Virus record (IMG/VR): IMGVR_UViG_3300031414_000001
Location: 96,001-160,000 of that record
Origin: a virus
Lineage: Duplodnaviria > Heunggongvirae > Uroviricota > Caudoviricetes
Direction: 5' to 3' (one strand)
Length of the DNA: 64,000 nt
The translations under genes and the position numbers were made by a program. Under the pieces are notes generated by a model, which saw only the letters and a program-made list of their open reading frames with translations, was not told the DNA's origin and made no database searches. Shown here piece after piece: positions 18,139 through 28,300 of the stretch; position 1 is the first letter of the stretch; each line of letters begins with the position of its first letter.

Positions 18139-20837
18139 TGGCATCTCAACAACCTAATGGTTCAGGTACTAGTAATAGTATGGCTTATGCTAAGAACCAG
18201 GCCGCTCGTTTTAATCCACAATTTGTACAATTAGCTACAGTGATGGATAACCGAGATCCTACCAGAACTGGTAAATTAAAAGTTTGGGTTCAGAATTCAC
18301 AATCTGATTCTGACTCTAAAGGTTCATGGTTAACAGCATCCTATCTATCACCATTTGCTGGGAGAACTCCTGGTACACCTGGTGCTGAATCTTATTCACA
18401 ATTCCCCAAAGGCTACGGCTTTTGGGCTGTTCCACCAGATGTGGGAACTACTGTTGCGATATTCTTCGCAAATGGTAACATTCACGATTGCTGGTGGTTC
18501 GCATGTGGTTATGATGACCGCATGAATACAATGGTTCCTGGTAGTGCGACACAAACACTACCGAACAGTGGCTATGACATGGCAGTACCTATTACTGACT
18601 ATGACCGTAACACATTACAAACAGAAATGGATCAGAAATATGTCAACGTACCGTTGGTTGCTGGTCTAACAAAACAAAATTTGCTATACGATCAACAAAA
18701 AGGTGCTGCGAACCGTTCAAGTACTCGTCAAACTACCAGTACTGTTTATGGTATGTCCTCACCACGTGGTAATAGTTTTATTATTGATGATGGTTATACT
18801 GATGCTGAATTAACAGCACCAAATTGGGATCAAGATCCTGATTCATACCAAAACACACAATTAGGAAACGCAGTAAATGACACTACCGTTGGTCAACGTA
18901 AAAATGAAGGTATCGTTCTACGTACTCGTAGTGGTGCTCAATTCTTACTATCAGAAGACCAAGGAAACGTGTTCTTGATTAACCGTGATGGTACAGCACG
19001 TTTTGAAATGACTCCAGACGGACAAATTACTGTTCACTCTGATAAGAGTATTACTATCCGTACAGATGAAGATTTCAATTTAACTGTAGCAAGGGATATG
19101 AACGTTGAAATTGGTGGCAATTTTAATATGCATACTCAAGGTGCTTCTAAATTAAATTTAGTTGGTTCTCTAGACGTTAAAGTTGATGGTCAGGTTGTTA
19201 TTAACACTGGTGCTGATTTGCGTTTAGTTGCTTCAGCAAGTATTCGTGTTCAATCTGGTTCAAGTACTAATATTACTTCTGGTTCTAACACTGCTATTAC
19301 AGCTTCCAGTACTGTTGATATTACTGGTACATCAGTTAATCTTACTGGTGGTGGAAATAACTTCACAGTTAAAGGTGGAAGCACAGCTAGTTCCGCAGTT
19401 GTTGGTGCTCCAGACTTCCAAACTCCAAGTGTTGGTTTAGTGAATCACATTCACACTCACCAACAATTTAGTTCACCTACAAGTCACAGTGATGCTATGA
19501 ATCCTCCGGTTCAAGGTGGTGGTTCTTCTTCTGCTTCAGCAGCAGCTTCCGCTGAACCTGCCGATGACGTTGCGGCTCAAACTCCGACTGTACAACAACA
19601 AGAAACAGTACAGCATATTAACAGCACGAGCGAGGTTGGTCAAGTACTAACGCAAGATTTAGTCGTGTCTGATGGCGGTGAGGATGACACTACGGTGCAA
19701 TCTTATACTACTACATATGAAGGTTTACAATTATTCATGCCAGTTACCGGAACCATTCGTGAATTTGGATATTGGGGTAAAGGTGTTCCAACTCAAAGTG
19801 GAAGTACTACAAATCGCAATGGTTGGATTATTCAAGCTAAGGGTGATGTAGTTGCTCCAGAAGGTGGATTAATAACTAAGATGGGTAATGGTGGTGTTAT
19901 TATTACACACCCAATTGGGTATAAATCTATTTTCTATGATATTGATGTAACCGTTAATAACAAAGATACAGTAACTAAAGGTCAGAAAATTGGTACAGCT
20001 AATGGTGTATTTGAATTTGAAATTCGTTTAGTCTCAGCAAATATCTATGGTTGGAGTGGTACAGTTGATCCTGGATTATTCTACAGTACTGTAACAGGTA
20101 AAGGTGCTGATTGTGCTAACAAGAGTTTAACTATTGGTAAGCCATCGAATCCAAATCCAAAACCAGCGTCATCATATTCAGAAAACAGTACAGACCTAGT
20201 TGTTATTACAAGTGTAGGAAGTATTGGTTCAGGATATTCACAACGTGGTTCCATGCATGTGCCTAGAAAGACAAGTACTACAAAACGTAATTCAAATTCA
20301 TCAGCTAATGTTCCAGCAGAAGATTTATCAAGTCTAGATAAGACAGCAGTCGATTGGAAGGTTGTAGCTTCTGATAGTAAATTACTTGAAGAAGTTAAAG
20401 AGTTCGAAGGTACTATTCAGTACCAGACAGCCGTTGGATATTATCGTAATGGTAGATTCTGGATCTATAAAGATAGCTTAGGTTATCCAACAATTGGTTA
20501 TGGACATTTGATTACAGCATCCGATAACTTTGCTGGTGGTATTGATGAAGCTCAGGCTGATGCTTTGCTACAAAAAGACTTAGTTCGTACTGTACGTGAC
20601 GCACAATCACTTTATGCTCAGTATAATATGAAAACACCGTACATTTGTCAAATCGTTTTGACAGAAATGTGTTTCCAAATGGGTAAAGGAAAAGTAGCTA
20701 AATTCAAGAATACATTACAAGCAATGGCGAACGGTGACTATAAAGGTGCTGCCGCAGGTATTCGAAACTCAGCTTGGTATAGACAAACAACTCGTCGTGC
20801 TGAAATTATGGCTCGTCGTGTAGAGTCCTGCCAATAA
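18138..20837 (+). CDS. gp5: Baseplate central spike/tail lysozyme, gp5-like
   Basis: OB-fold (DNRDPTRTGKLKVW, VPPDVGTTV), beta-helix repeats, HIHTH, M23-like fold, C-terminal GH24 lysozyme (YKDSLGYPTIGYGHL). Confidence 0.85.
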   Translation: MASQQPNGSGTSNSMAYAKNQAARFNPQFVQLATVMDNRDPTRTGKLKVWVQNSQSDSDSKGSWLTASYLSPFAGRTPGTPGAESYSQFPKGYGFWAVPPDVGTTVAIFFANGNIHDCWWFACGYDDRMNTMVPGSATQTLPNSGYDMAVPITDYDRNTLQTEMDQKYVNVPLVAGLTKQNLLYDQQKGAANRSSTRQTTSTVYGMSSPRGNSFIIDDGYTDAELTAPNWDQDPDSYQNTQLGNAVNDTTVGQRKNEGIVLRTRSGAQFLLSEDQGNVFLINRDGTARFEMTPDGQITVHSDKSITIRTDEDFNLTVARDMNVEIGGNFNMHTQGASKLNLVGSLDVKVDGQVVINTGADLRLVASASIRVQSGSSTNITSGSNTAITASSTVDITGTSVNLTGGGNNFTVKGGSTASSAVVGAPDFQTPSVGLVNHIHTHQQFSSPTSHSDAMNPPVQGGGSSSASAAASAEPADDVAAQTPTVQQQETVQHINSTSEVGQVLTQDLVVSDGGEDDTTVQSYTTTYEGLQLFMPVTGTIREFGYWGKGVPTQSGSTTNRNGWIIQAKGDVVAPEGGLITKMGNGGVIITHPIGYKSIFYDIDVTVNNKDTVTKGQKIGTANGVFEFEIRLVSANIYGWSGTVDPGLFYSTVTGKGADCANKSLTIGKPSNPNPKPASSYSENSTDLVVITSVGSIGSGYSQRGSMHVPRKTSTTKRNSNSSANVPAEDLSSLDKTAVDWKVVASDSKLLEEVKEFEGTIQYQTAVGYYRNGRFWIYKDSLGYPTIGYGHLITASDNFAGGIDEAQADALLQKDLVRTVRDAQSLYAQYNMKTPYICQIVLTEMCFQMGKGKVAKFKNTLQAMANGDYKGAAAGIRNSAWYRQTTRRAEIMARRVESCQ

Positions 20838-20869
20838 ATACTTGTACTGATTAATTCAGGAGGTATTAA

Positions 20870-21358
20870 ATGAGTAATTGGGTATTAACAAGTTCAGATC
20901 CTGGTCTTTTAAATGATATTAAAAACTTTGAAGGTACAATTGCGTATCAAACAAAAGTTGGTTATTATAAAGATGGTAAATTCTGGACATATAAAGATAG
21001 CTTAGGTTATCCAACAATTGGGTATGGACATTTGATTTTGACTGGTGAAGATTTTAAACAAGGTCTAAACGAAAGTCAAGCAAATACCTTACTAGCTAAG
21101 GATCTCGCATCTAAAGTAGCTGATGCTAAATCACTATATGAACAATATGGTATGAAGGGTGGAATTGCTCTACAAAAAGTTTTAACTCAAATGGTATTCC
21201 AAATGGGTAAACCAAGAGTATCGCAATTCAAAAATGCTCTAACTGCTATGGGTAAAGGTGATTATAAGCTTGCTGCTAAAGAGATGCGTAATTCTAATTG
21301 GTATAAACAAACTACATCTCGTGCTGAAACACTAGCTCGAATTGTAGAATCACTATAA
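20870..21358 (+). CDS. T4-type (GH24) lysozyme, probable endolysin
   Basis: FEG...YKDSLGYPTIGYGHL...QMVFQMG...SNWYKQTTSRA; own ATAAATA at 20834-20840. Confidence 0.85.
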   Translation: MSNWVLTSSDPGLLNDIKNFEGTIAYQTKVGYYKDGKFWTYKDSLGYPTIGYGHLILTGEDFKQGLNESQANTLLAKDLASKVADAKSLYEQYGMKGGIALQKVLTQMVFQMGKPRVSQFKNALTAMGKGDYKLAAKEMRNSNWYKQTTSRAETLARIVESL

Positions 21359-21368
21359 GGAATAACAG

Positions 21369-21758
21369 ATGGCAGTTATATTCAAAGGTTTTGCTTCTCC
21401 TATTGTGGGGAAGACTCAAGTACTTTATGATATTGACATTGTTCGTCAAGACTTACTAAATCACTTTAACACTCGTAAGGGTGAACGTGTAATGGATGTT
21501 GAGTACGGTTTTATTGGTTGGGACTTGCTTTTCGAAATCGACAGACCTGGGAACTCTCAACTTCTAGAAGCTGACGTTCGTCGTATTGTAGCACTTGATC
21601 CTCGTTTACAATTGCTATCTGTAACCGTATCAAGTGTAGAGTATGGTTATCGAATAGATCTTTCTCTCTATTATGTCCAATTGGAAGCAGTAGAAGATTT
21701 AGAACTGGTATTTGATAACAGATCACAACAAAGAATGGCGTTTGTTAACGCTGCTTAA
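21369..21758 (+). CDS. gp25: Baseplate wedge protein, gp25-like
   Basis: DLLNHFNTRKGERVMDVEYG...DPRL. Confidence 0.85.
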   Translation: MAVIFKGFASPIVGKTQVLYDIDIVRQDLLNHFNTRKGERVMDVEYGFIGWDLLFEIDRPGNSQLLEADVRRIVALDPRLQLLSVTVSSVEYGYRIDLSLYYVQLEAVEDLELVFDNRSQQRMAFVNAA

Positions 21759-21767
21759 ATAAAGTTT

Positions 21768-21796
21768 AAAGGCATCCTCTGGATGCCTTTTCTTTT
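21768..21796 (+). terminator. Intrinsic terminator
   Basis: AAAGGCATCC-tct-GGATGCCTTTTCTTTT. Confidence 0.8.
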
Positions 21797-21837
21797 GGAT
21801 AAATATTTCTATATTATTATATGAGGTGTATAAAAAC

Positions 21838-24800
21838 ATGGCACAACAAAAACGACAATCCAATTTGTATGCTGCTGAAGATTGGCAACAAGTATATGAG
21901 TCATTTGCTCAAATCAACTTGACTGCTTATGACTTCGATACAATTCGTGAAAGTATGGTTAACTATCTTCGTCTAACATATCCTGATTCATTTAATGACT
22001 GGATTGAAAACGACGAGTTCATTTTTATTCTGGATACAATCGCATTGATTGGACAGAACTTAGCATTCCGTATGGACTTGAACAGCCGTGAGAACTTTCT
22101 CGATACAGCAGAGCGTAGAGCTTCAGTACTGAAATTGGCTAAGATGATTTCTTATGCACCAAAACGTGCATACCCAGGACGTGGCATAGCAAAAGTTATG
22201 ACAGTCAAAACAAACCAGGATATTAAAAACAGCTTCGGTCAGTCTTTAAAGAACCAACTAGTACGTTGGAATGATCCAAGCGATAATAACTGGTACGAGA
22301 ACTTTATTCTTGTAATGAACAGTGTTCTTATTGATACAAACCAATTTGGTGATCCAATTAAGAAAGTAACTGTTAATGGTGTTTCAAACCAATTGTATCA
22401 AATGAATACAATTCCTATGAGTGCTCCTAATATTCCGTTCACCGTGAACATTAATGGTGTTTCAACTCCATTTGAAGTTGTTAACCCTGATATTACAAGT
22501 ACTGGTACTGTTTCTGAACGCCATCCACAGCCACAAGAGCAAAAACATATTATCTATCGTAATGATGGTAATGGATTTGATTCTCCATATACTGGATTCT
22601 TTGTTTACTTTAAACAAGGTAACTTATCTTTCACTGATTTTGAATATGACCAACGTATTGAAAGCCGTGTACAAGATTTGAATACTAATAACATCAATGA
22701 GATTGATGTATGGGTACAAGAAATTACAGATGATGGTTTAGTACGTACTAAATGGACACGTGTTCCAGCAATTGAATCAATTTCATATAACTCAGTAGAT
22801 CGTAAACAAAAAAGTATCTTCTCAGTAACTACTCGTGATAACGACCAGATTACAATTAAATTCCCCGACGCTCGTTCCGGTCAAGTTCCTCGTGGTTCTT
22901 ATCGTTTCTGGTACAGGGTTAGTAATGGTGAAACTTATACCATTAAAACAACAGATATTCAAAATAAGTCTATCAAGTACACATATCGTACCAATACACA
23001 ATCCGAATTTGAATCAAGTACTTTGGATATTCAATTTAGTCTTCAATTCCAGTCATCACTAGCTCAGTCTCGTGAAACAATTGAACAAATTAAAGAACGT
23101 GCTCCACAATTGTACTACACTCAGAACCGTTTCGTCAATGGTGAAGATTATAATATCGCACCACTAATGTTAGGTAACACTGTACTGAAAGCAAAAGCAA
23201 TTAACCGTATCTATTCCGGTCAATCACGCTTCATTGATATTAATGACCCAACAGGTAAGTACCAAAACACTGATGTATTCACTGATGATGGAGCAATCTA
23301 TCGTGATACCATCCAGGCAAGTAATTCAGTACTTCTACCGACTGCGAAATCTAATACAGCAATCGTAATTGATAGTATTCAACCATTAATTGGTGATAAT
23401 GCTGTTATTCAGTTGTATCAAGAGTTCCCAACAAATACAGTTATCATTAGTAATAACCAACAATGGATTCCAGAGTTCAATTCTAGCTATTCTTCTAACA
23501 CTTATGGTAGAATTATGGTAGGAAGTACTGTTGTTTCTTATGATATTGGTACAATTATCAATTTCCCAACTGCTTCAGGTGTAGATATTTGGACTTCTGT
23601 AGTTGACACTACATCAGATGGTTATCTAGTACTATCAATGCCAATTAATAGTAATCAGTCAGCAACAGAATTCATTAAACCGTTCCGTGTTAAGTTTTCT
23701 AACGTTGAAGTTCAAACAATTGCTTCTGAATTAGATAAAAAGACTGATTTTGTATTGATTTATGATCCTAATACCCTAACATGGATTCCAATTGAAGGAA
23801 CCTACACTACTGATACTATAGAATACAATAATGTTGCTTATCCTATCCTTATTAACGTTTCTTATACCTCTGAGTCATGGGAATTTGTTAGTAATGGGGT
23901 GAACTACATCTTTGTTGGTGGAGAAAAGGTTCGTTTCTACTTCGTTAGTACTGAAAACATCAGTGATATTAGTACTGGTACTGTACAATCGGATAAAATT
24001 GACATTCTATCATATAACTCGAACTATACCAATAACAATGGTTACACTGATGATGAATCATTCCAAATTATTGAGACTGTAAATCAGGAAAATGGTTATA
24101 TTGATGGTTCTCGTGTAATTATCACAAGTTCTTCTCGTGATACTAATGGTATTCCTCTGAATCCTAATCAGTTCAGAAACATTGTACCTACATTAACTGG
24201 TACAAATAAGACAAAATATGAACAATGGCTTGTATTCCATGAAAATACGGACTTTACGATTGATATGATCGATCCAACTGGTTCCGATTTCACATTATTG
24301 GACAGTACTTGGACATATACGTTAACTGATGCTAACTCTGAGACAATTGCGTATCGTAAAGCTGCATTACTTCGTAATGTTAACATGCGTAGCACTAATA
24401 TTTCAGCACTTTTGAACAAAGGAACTGGTTTTGTTATTGGTTTTGAGTTAGATGGTTCTGATTATTTTGTACAACAGACTGTTGGTAATAACAATGACCG
24501 TATGAACAACTTCTTGTCTAACATGACATTAAGTACAGACCAGAATCCAATCACTCCTGAGCAAGCATTTAAACGTGCTATTGACAATATGAGTTCTGAT
24601 ACTGCTGATGAATCAGTAAAATTAGATTATTATGGTTATAAGGATGTGAGTACTGACTACTTTATCAAGAAAGATGCTCGTGTAGATATTAATTATCATT
24701 GGAAACACTATGCTCCAGACGATAATCGTATTGACCCAAGTAGAACTAACTTGATTGATATGTATGTTCTTACAAGTTCTTACAAAGAAGCAGTTGATAT

Positions 24801-25302
24801 ATGGCTTAAACAAGCAAATGGTTCTGAATTCCCTAAACCACCTACTAGTGTTGAACTAAAAGAGATGTTTACGGATGTTGAGAATAAGATTGTAGTGAGT
24901 GATAGTATGATTTGGCATAGTGCTACGTACTTAAAACTGTTTGGTGATACTGCTGATGCAGATTATCGTGCGGATTTCAAAGTAATTAAGCTTGCTAACA
25001 GTACTTTGAGTGATGACGAGATTCGTCAGAAGGTAATTTCACTAACCAATGACTTCTTTAGTGTAGATAATTGGGATTTCGGTGAAAGCTTCTACTATAC
25101 TGAACTAGCAACCTATATTCATATTAACTTAAGTACAGAAATTGCTTCTGTTGTTATCGTTCCACAAAATCCAAGCTCTAAATTTGGTGAATTGTTCGAG
25201 ATACCAAGTGCTTCAGACCAATTGTTTGTAAGTACTGCGACAGTTGATAACGTTATTATCGTGAACTCTCTAGCGAAAAGTAACATCAATATTGGCAAAT
25301 AA
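21838..25302 (+). CDS. gp6: Baseplate wedge protein, gp6-like
   Basis: YDFDTIRESMVNYL, RENFLDTAERRASVLKLAKMISY, ETIEQIKERAP..YYTQNRFVNGEDY; ATAAATA at 21799-21805. Confidence 0.85.
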   Translation: MAQQKRQSNLYAAEDWQQVYESFAQINLTAYDFDTIRESMVNYLRLTYPDSFNDWIENDEFIFILDTIALIGQNLAFRMDLNSRENFLDTAERRASVLKLAKMISYAPKRAYPGRGIAKVMTVKTNQDIKNSFGQSLKNQLVRWNDPSDNNWYENFILVMNSVLIDTNQFGDPIKKVTVNGVSNQLYQMNTIPMSAPNIPFTVNINGVSTPFEVVNPDITSTGTVSERHPQPQEQKHIIYRNDGNGFDSPYTGFFVYFKQGNLSFTDFEYDQRIESRVQDLNTNNINEIDVWVQEITDDGLVRTKWTRVPAIESISYNSVDRKQKSIFSVTTRDNDQITIKFPDARSGQVPRGSYRFWYRVSNGETYTIKTTDIQNKSIKYTYRTNTQSEFESSTLDIQFSLQFQSSLAQSRETIEQIKERAPQLYYTQNRFVNGEDYNIAPLMLGNTVLKAKAINRIYSGQSRFIDINDPTGKYQNTDVFTDDGAIYRDTIQASNSVLLPTAKSNTAIVIDSIQPLIGDNAVIQLYQEFPTNTVIISNNQQWIPEFNSSYSSNTYGRIMVGSTVVSYDIGTIINFPTASGVDIWTSVVDTTSDGYLVLSMPINSNQSATEFIKPFRVKFSNVEVQTIASELDKKTDFVLIYDPNTLTWIPIEGTYTTDTIEYNNVAYPILINVSYTSESWEFVSNGVNYIFVGGEKVRFYFVSTENISDISTGTVQSDKIDILSYNSNYTNNNGYTDDESFQIIETVNQENGYIDGSRVIITSSSRDTNGIPLNPNQFRNIVPTLTGTNKTKYEQWLVFHENTDFTIDMIDPTGSDFTLLDSTWTYTLTDANSETIAYRKAALLRNVNMRSTNISALLNKGTGFVIGFELDGSDYFVQQTVGNNNDRMNNFLSNMTLSTDQNPITPEQAFKRAIDNMSSDTADESVKLDYYGYKDVSTDYFIKKDARVDINYHWKHYAPDDNRIDPSRTNLIDMYVLTSSYKEAVDIWLKQANGSEFPKPPTSVELKEMFTDVENKIVVSDSMIWHSATYLKLFGDTADADYRADFKVIKLANSTLSDDEIRQKVISLTNDFFSVDNWDFGESFYYTELATYIHINLSTEIASVVIVPQNPSSKFGELFEIPSASDQLFVSTATVDNVIIVNSLAKSNINIGK

Positions 25303-25303
25303 C

Positions 25304-25329
25304 AAAAAGGGCATCTTCGGATGCCCTTT
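25304..25329 (+). terminator. Intrinsic terminator with cUUCGg loop
   Basis: AAAGGGCATC-TTCG-GATGCCCTTT. Confidence 0.75.
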
Positions 25330-25381
25330 ATATTGCCATAAATAAAACAAATGAGAAAAAGAATTTTTATTGGAGAATAAA

Positions 25382-28300
25382 ATGGCGAACGAATTTAAAT
25401 TTCAGGCTTCTAAAGTAGCTGAAGCAGTGAATCAAAAATTGTTCATTAAAAGATTGCCAGAATGGATGCAAGGTCTAGAACAAATTCAAATGTTCTGTGA
25501 TGACATTATCCAACAATGGTTTAATCCAGCAGATGAAGAAATCGTAGACGGTTATATCGGTGATCGCGGCTCTCCTGCGGCTTCAGGAAAGATCTTCCTG
25601 AATGAATTAGACCTACAACGTCAAGACTATCAGTTTAGCCCAGCATATGTATCTCGTAATGATGATACCAGTGTTCGTTCTCTCCAATTCTACCCTGATT
25701 TAGTTGGTTATTTGGAGCATTACGGTGCTTTGACTGAGAATCAAGCTCGTCTATTAAGTGGAAAGTACTATTCATGGACTCCACCAATTAACCCAAACAA
25801 ATTACAAAACTTCAGTTCCTATTTGTGGGATACAGAAAACGAATATGGTATTTCTCCAGACTATATCGTAATGGAACGTGGTGCTCTTAATGGTAACACC
25901 TGGTCATTACAGAACTTCTGGTATACCATTGGACAAACTCTACCTGATGGAACTGTTGTAACTGAACAAATGGCACAAGGAAACCGTTTCCGCCGTGCTC
26001 AAGTACCAATTATTGAATTTAATAAGAATATCGAACTAATGAACTACGGTACTCGCTATCGTGGTGATGTTGATTATCTTTCTGACTCAATTAAACCTGA
26101 AGATATTGTACAGAAAAACGTTGGTAACAACGTTCGTGTCGATGGTTATGTTCTACAAGCTGGAGATCGCATCCTATTCACTAGTATTGGCAACGCTGGT
26201 GAGAATAACCGTATCTATAAGGTATACATCAAGCAAATGGCTGATGGAACACGTGTATACGGCCTTGTATTGGACGAAGACGAAGAAACAACCGCTCGCC
26301 CTACTGGTGAACCGCTAACTGGTGACGTTGTTCTGGTGCGTTCTGGTAACGTATATGGCAACACGGCGGTATATTGGAATGGTCGTGAATGGACTGAAGC
26401 ACAAGCTAAAACTGGTGTTAATGAATTTCCATTATTCCAACTATATGATAAAAACGGTATTAAACTAGATAACAGTACTGCTTATCCTAGCAGCACATTT
26501 ACTGGTTCAAATTTGTTCGGTCTAAAAATCAACTACAATTACGGTATGGACAAGATTTATCAAGAACATGTAGAATTAAGTGAATACAACTACTACATTT
26601 TCGAGAACTTCCTACAAACTGTACGTTATACCTATTCTAAAGCTGGTGCTCTAACTGAAATTCCAGGATTATATTTCTATAATGTAATTTCTGAAGATAC
26701 CAATGGTGCTCTAGTACAGAACTTAAACTCTGATTGGGTTCGTAGTCCTGAAGAATCAAAACAAACTGTTCGTCAAGTTCCTGAAGTTACTAAATCTTCT
26801 ATGTATCGTGTGTTCAATACTGTTTCAGAGATGAATTTATTCAAATCTCCAGTAGAAAACATGTATGCTTATGTGATTGAGAATGACAGTACTTACAAGT
26901 ACTATCAACCAAGTAACAGCACATTTATGAAATGGAACATTATTTCTGATGTAGCAATTCAATCAGACTTGTATCAAAGTACTTATGAGCTTGCTCAGAA
27001 GATTGATCCAACAAATACTGATGAAACTCTTGAAGTATTCTTTAATGGTGCTAAAACTTTCGACTACACAACAACTCTAACAGCAGATGGTCTAGTAGAT
27101 AGTATTACTTTTAACAGTACTACCAGTATTGTTGAAGACAGTATCATTGAAATTGTAACCTATAGTCCGACTAAGGTTCCTGATTTGGATTTGGGATCAT
27201 ATCAGATTCCAATTAACTTACAGAATAACCCATACAATGATTTTGTAGACTACATTCATCAAGGTGAATATACTCCGCACTTCTTGGATATTATCGGTAA
27301 GAACATTACAACTGGTTCTGTAAATGATTTAAACAACTATGAACTTCGTTTAGAAGCTGGTCTAGTAGACAACTCTGTTGGTACTAAGATTATTCAGAAC
27401 GAAACATCACTATTACCATTGATGCTTCATAGTGCTAACGAAAACTTAGACTTATTCAGTGCTATTATTTTCACTCAGTACGAATATTTCCGTTTCAAAA
27501 ACAAATTTAACACTCAGATGATGAAGATGTATACTAGTGATCCTGCTTCATTCATGGCTGAGAGTGCGTCTAACATTGTGGATTTGATTTTCTCTGCTAT
27601 TAACGTAGGTAAAGATAATACATTCCCATTCGCTTTAGACAACGTAGGTTCTAATACTACAACTAACAAAACGTTTATTCCACCTACTCCACAATTCTTG
27701 GGTATCCTAAAAGCTTACACTCCAGAAAAAGCTACATACGTTCACGTTGGTAGTTCTATTGGTTGTTATAACATCGACCATATGGGTGTAATCAGTAAGG
27801 CGTACCGTGTAATTAATGGTGTAGACCTAATGGATGATGTTCTTTATGAACTAGAGAATCGTATTTTTAATAGTATTGATAATACCTTTAAGGCAATTGA
27901 TTTCGTTCCTTCAATGGATTCTGATTTCTTGAAACCAACTCCGTACTTTGAAAATACTGCGTATACTTCAGATGAATATAATTCTCTTGAACTACGTGGA
28001 TATGTAAACTTCATCGCTACACAAGGTATTGATAATAGTACTCATAGCTACGATCAATCAAACTGGATGACTTGGAACTACACCGGAACAACTTATGTTG
28101 TTAACGGACAACCAACTGAAATTCCAGCACGTGGTTCATGGAGAGCAATCTATACTGACATGTTCGGTACATATCGCCCAGCAACCCATCCGTGGGAAAT
28201 GTTCGGCTTCTCACAACGTCCAGATTGGTTTAACCAAGAATACGAACCAACTAAAGTTCGTTTAGGAACAGCGACAACTGAATATGTTTATGTATATCCT

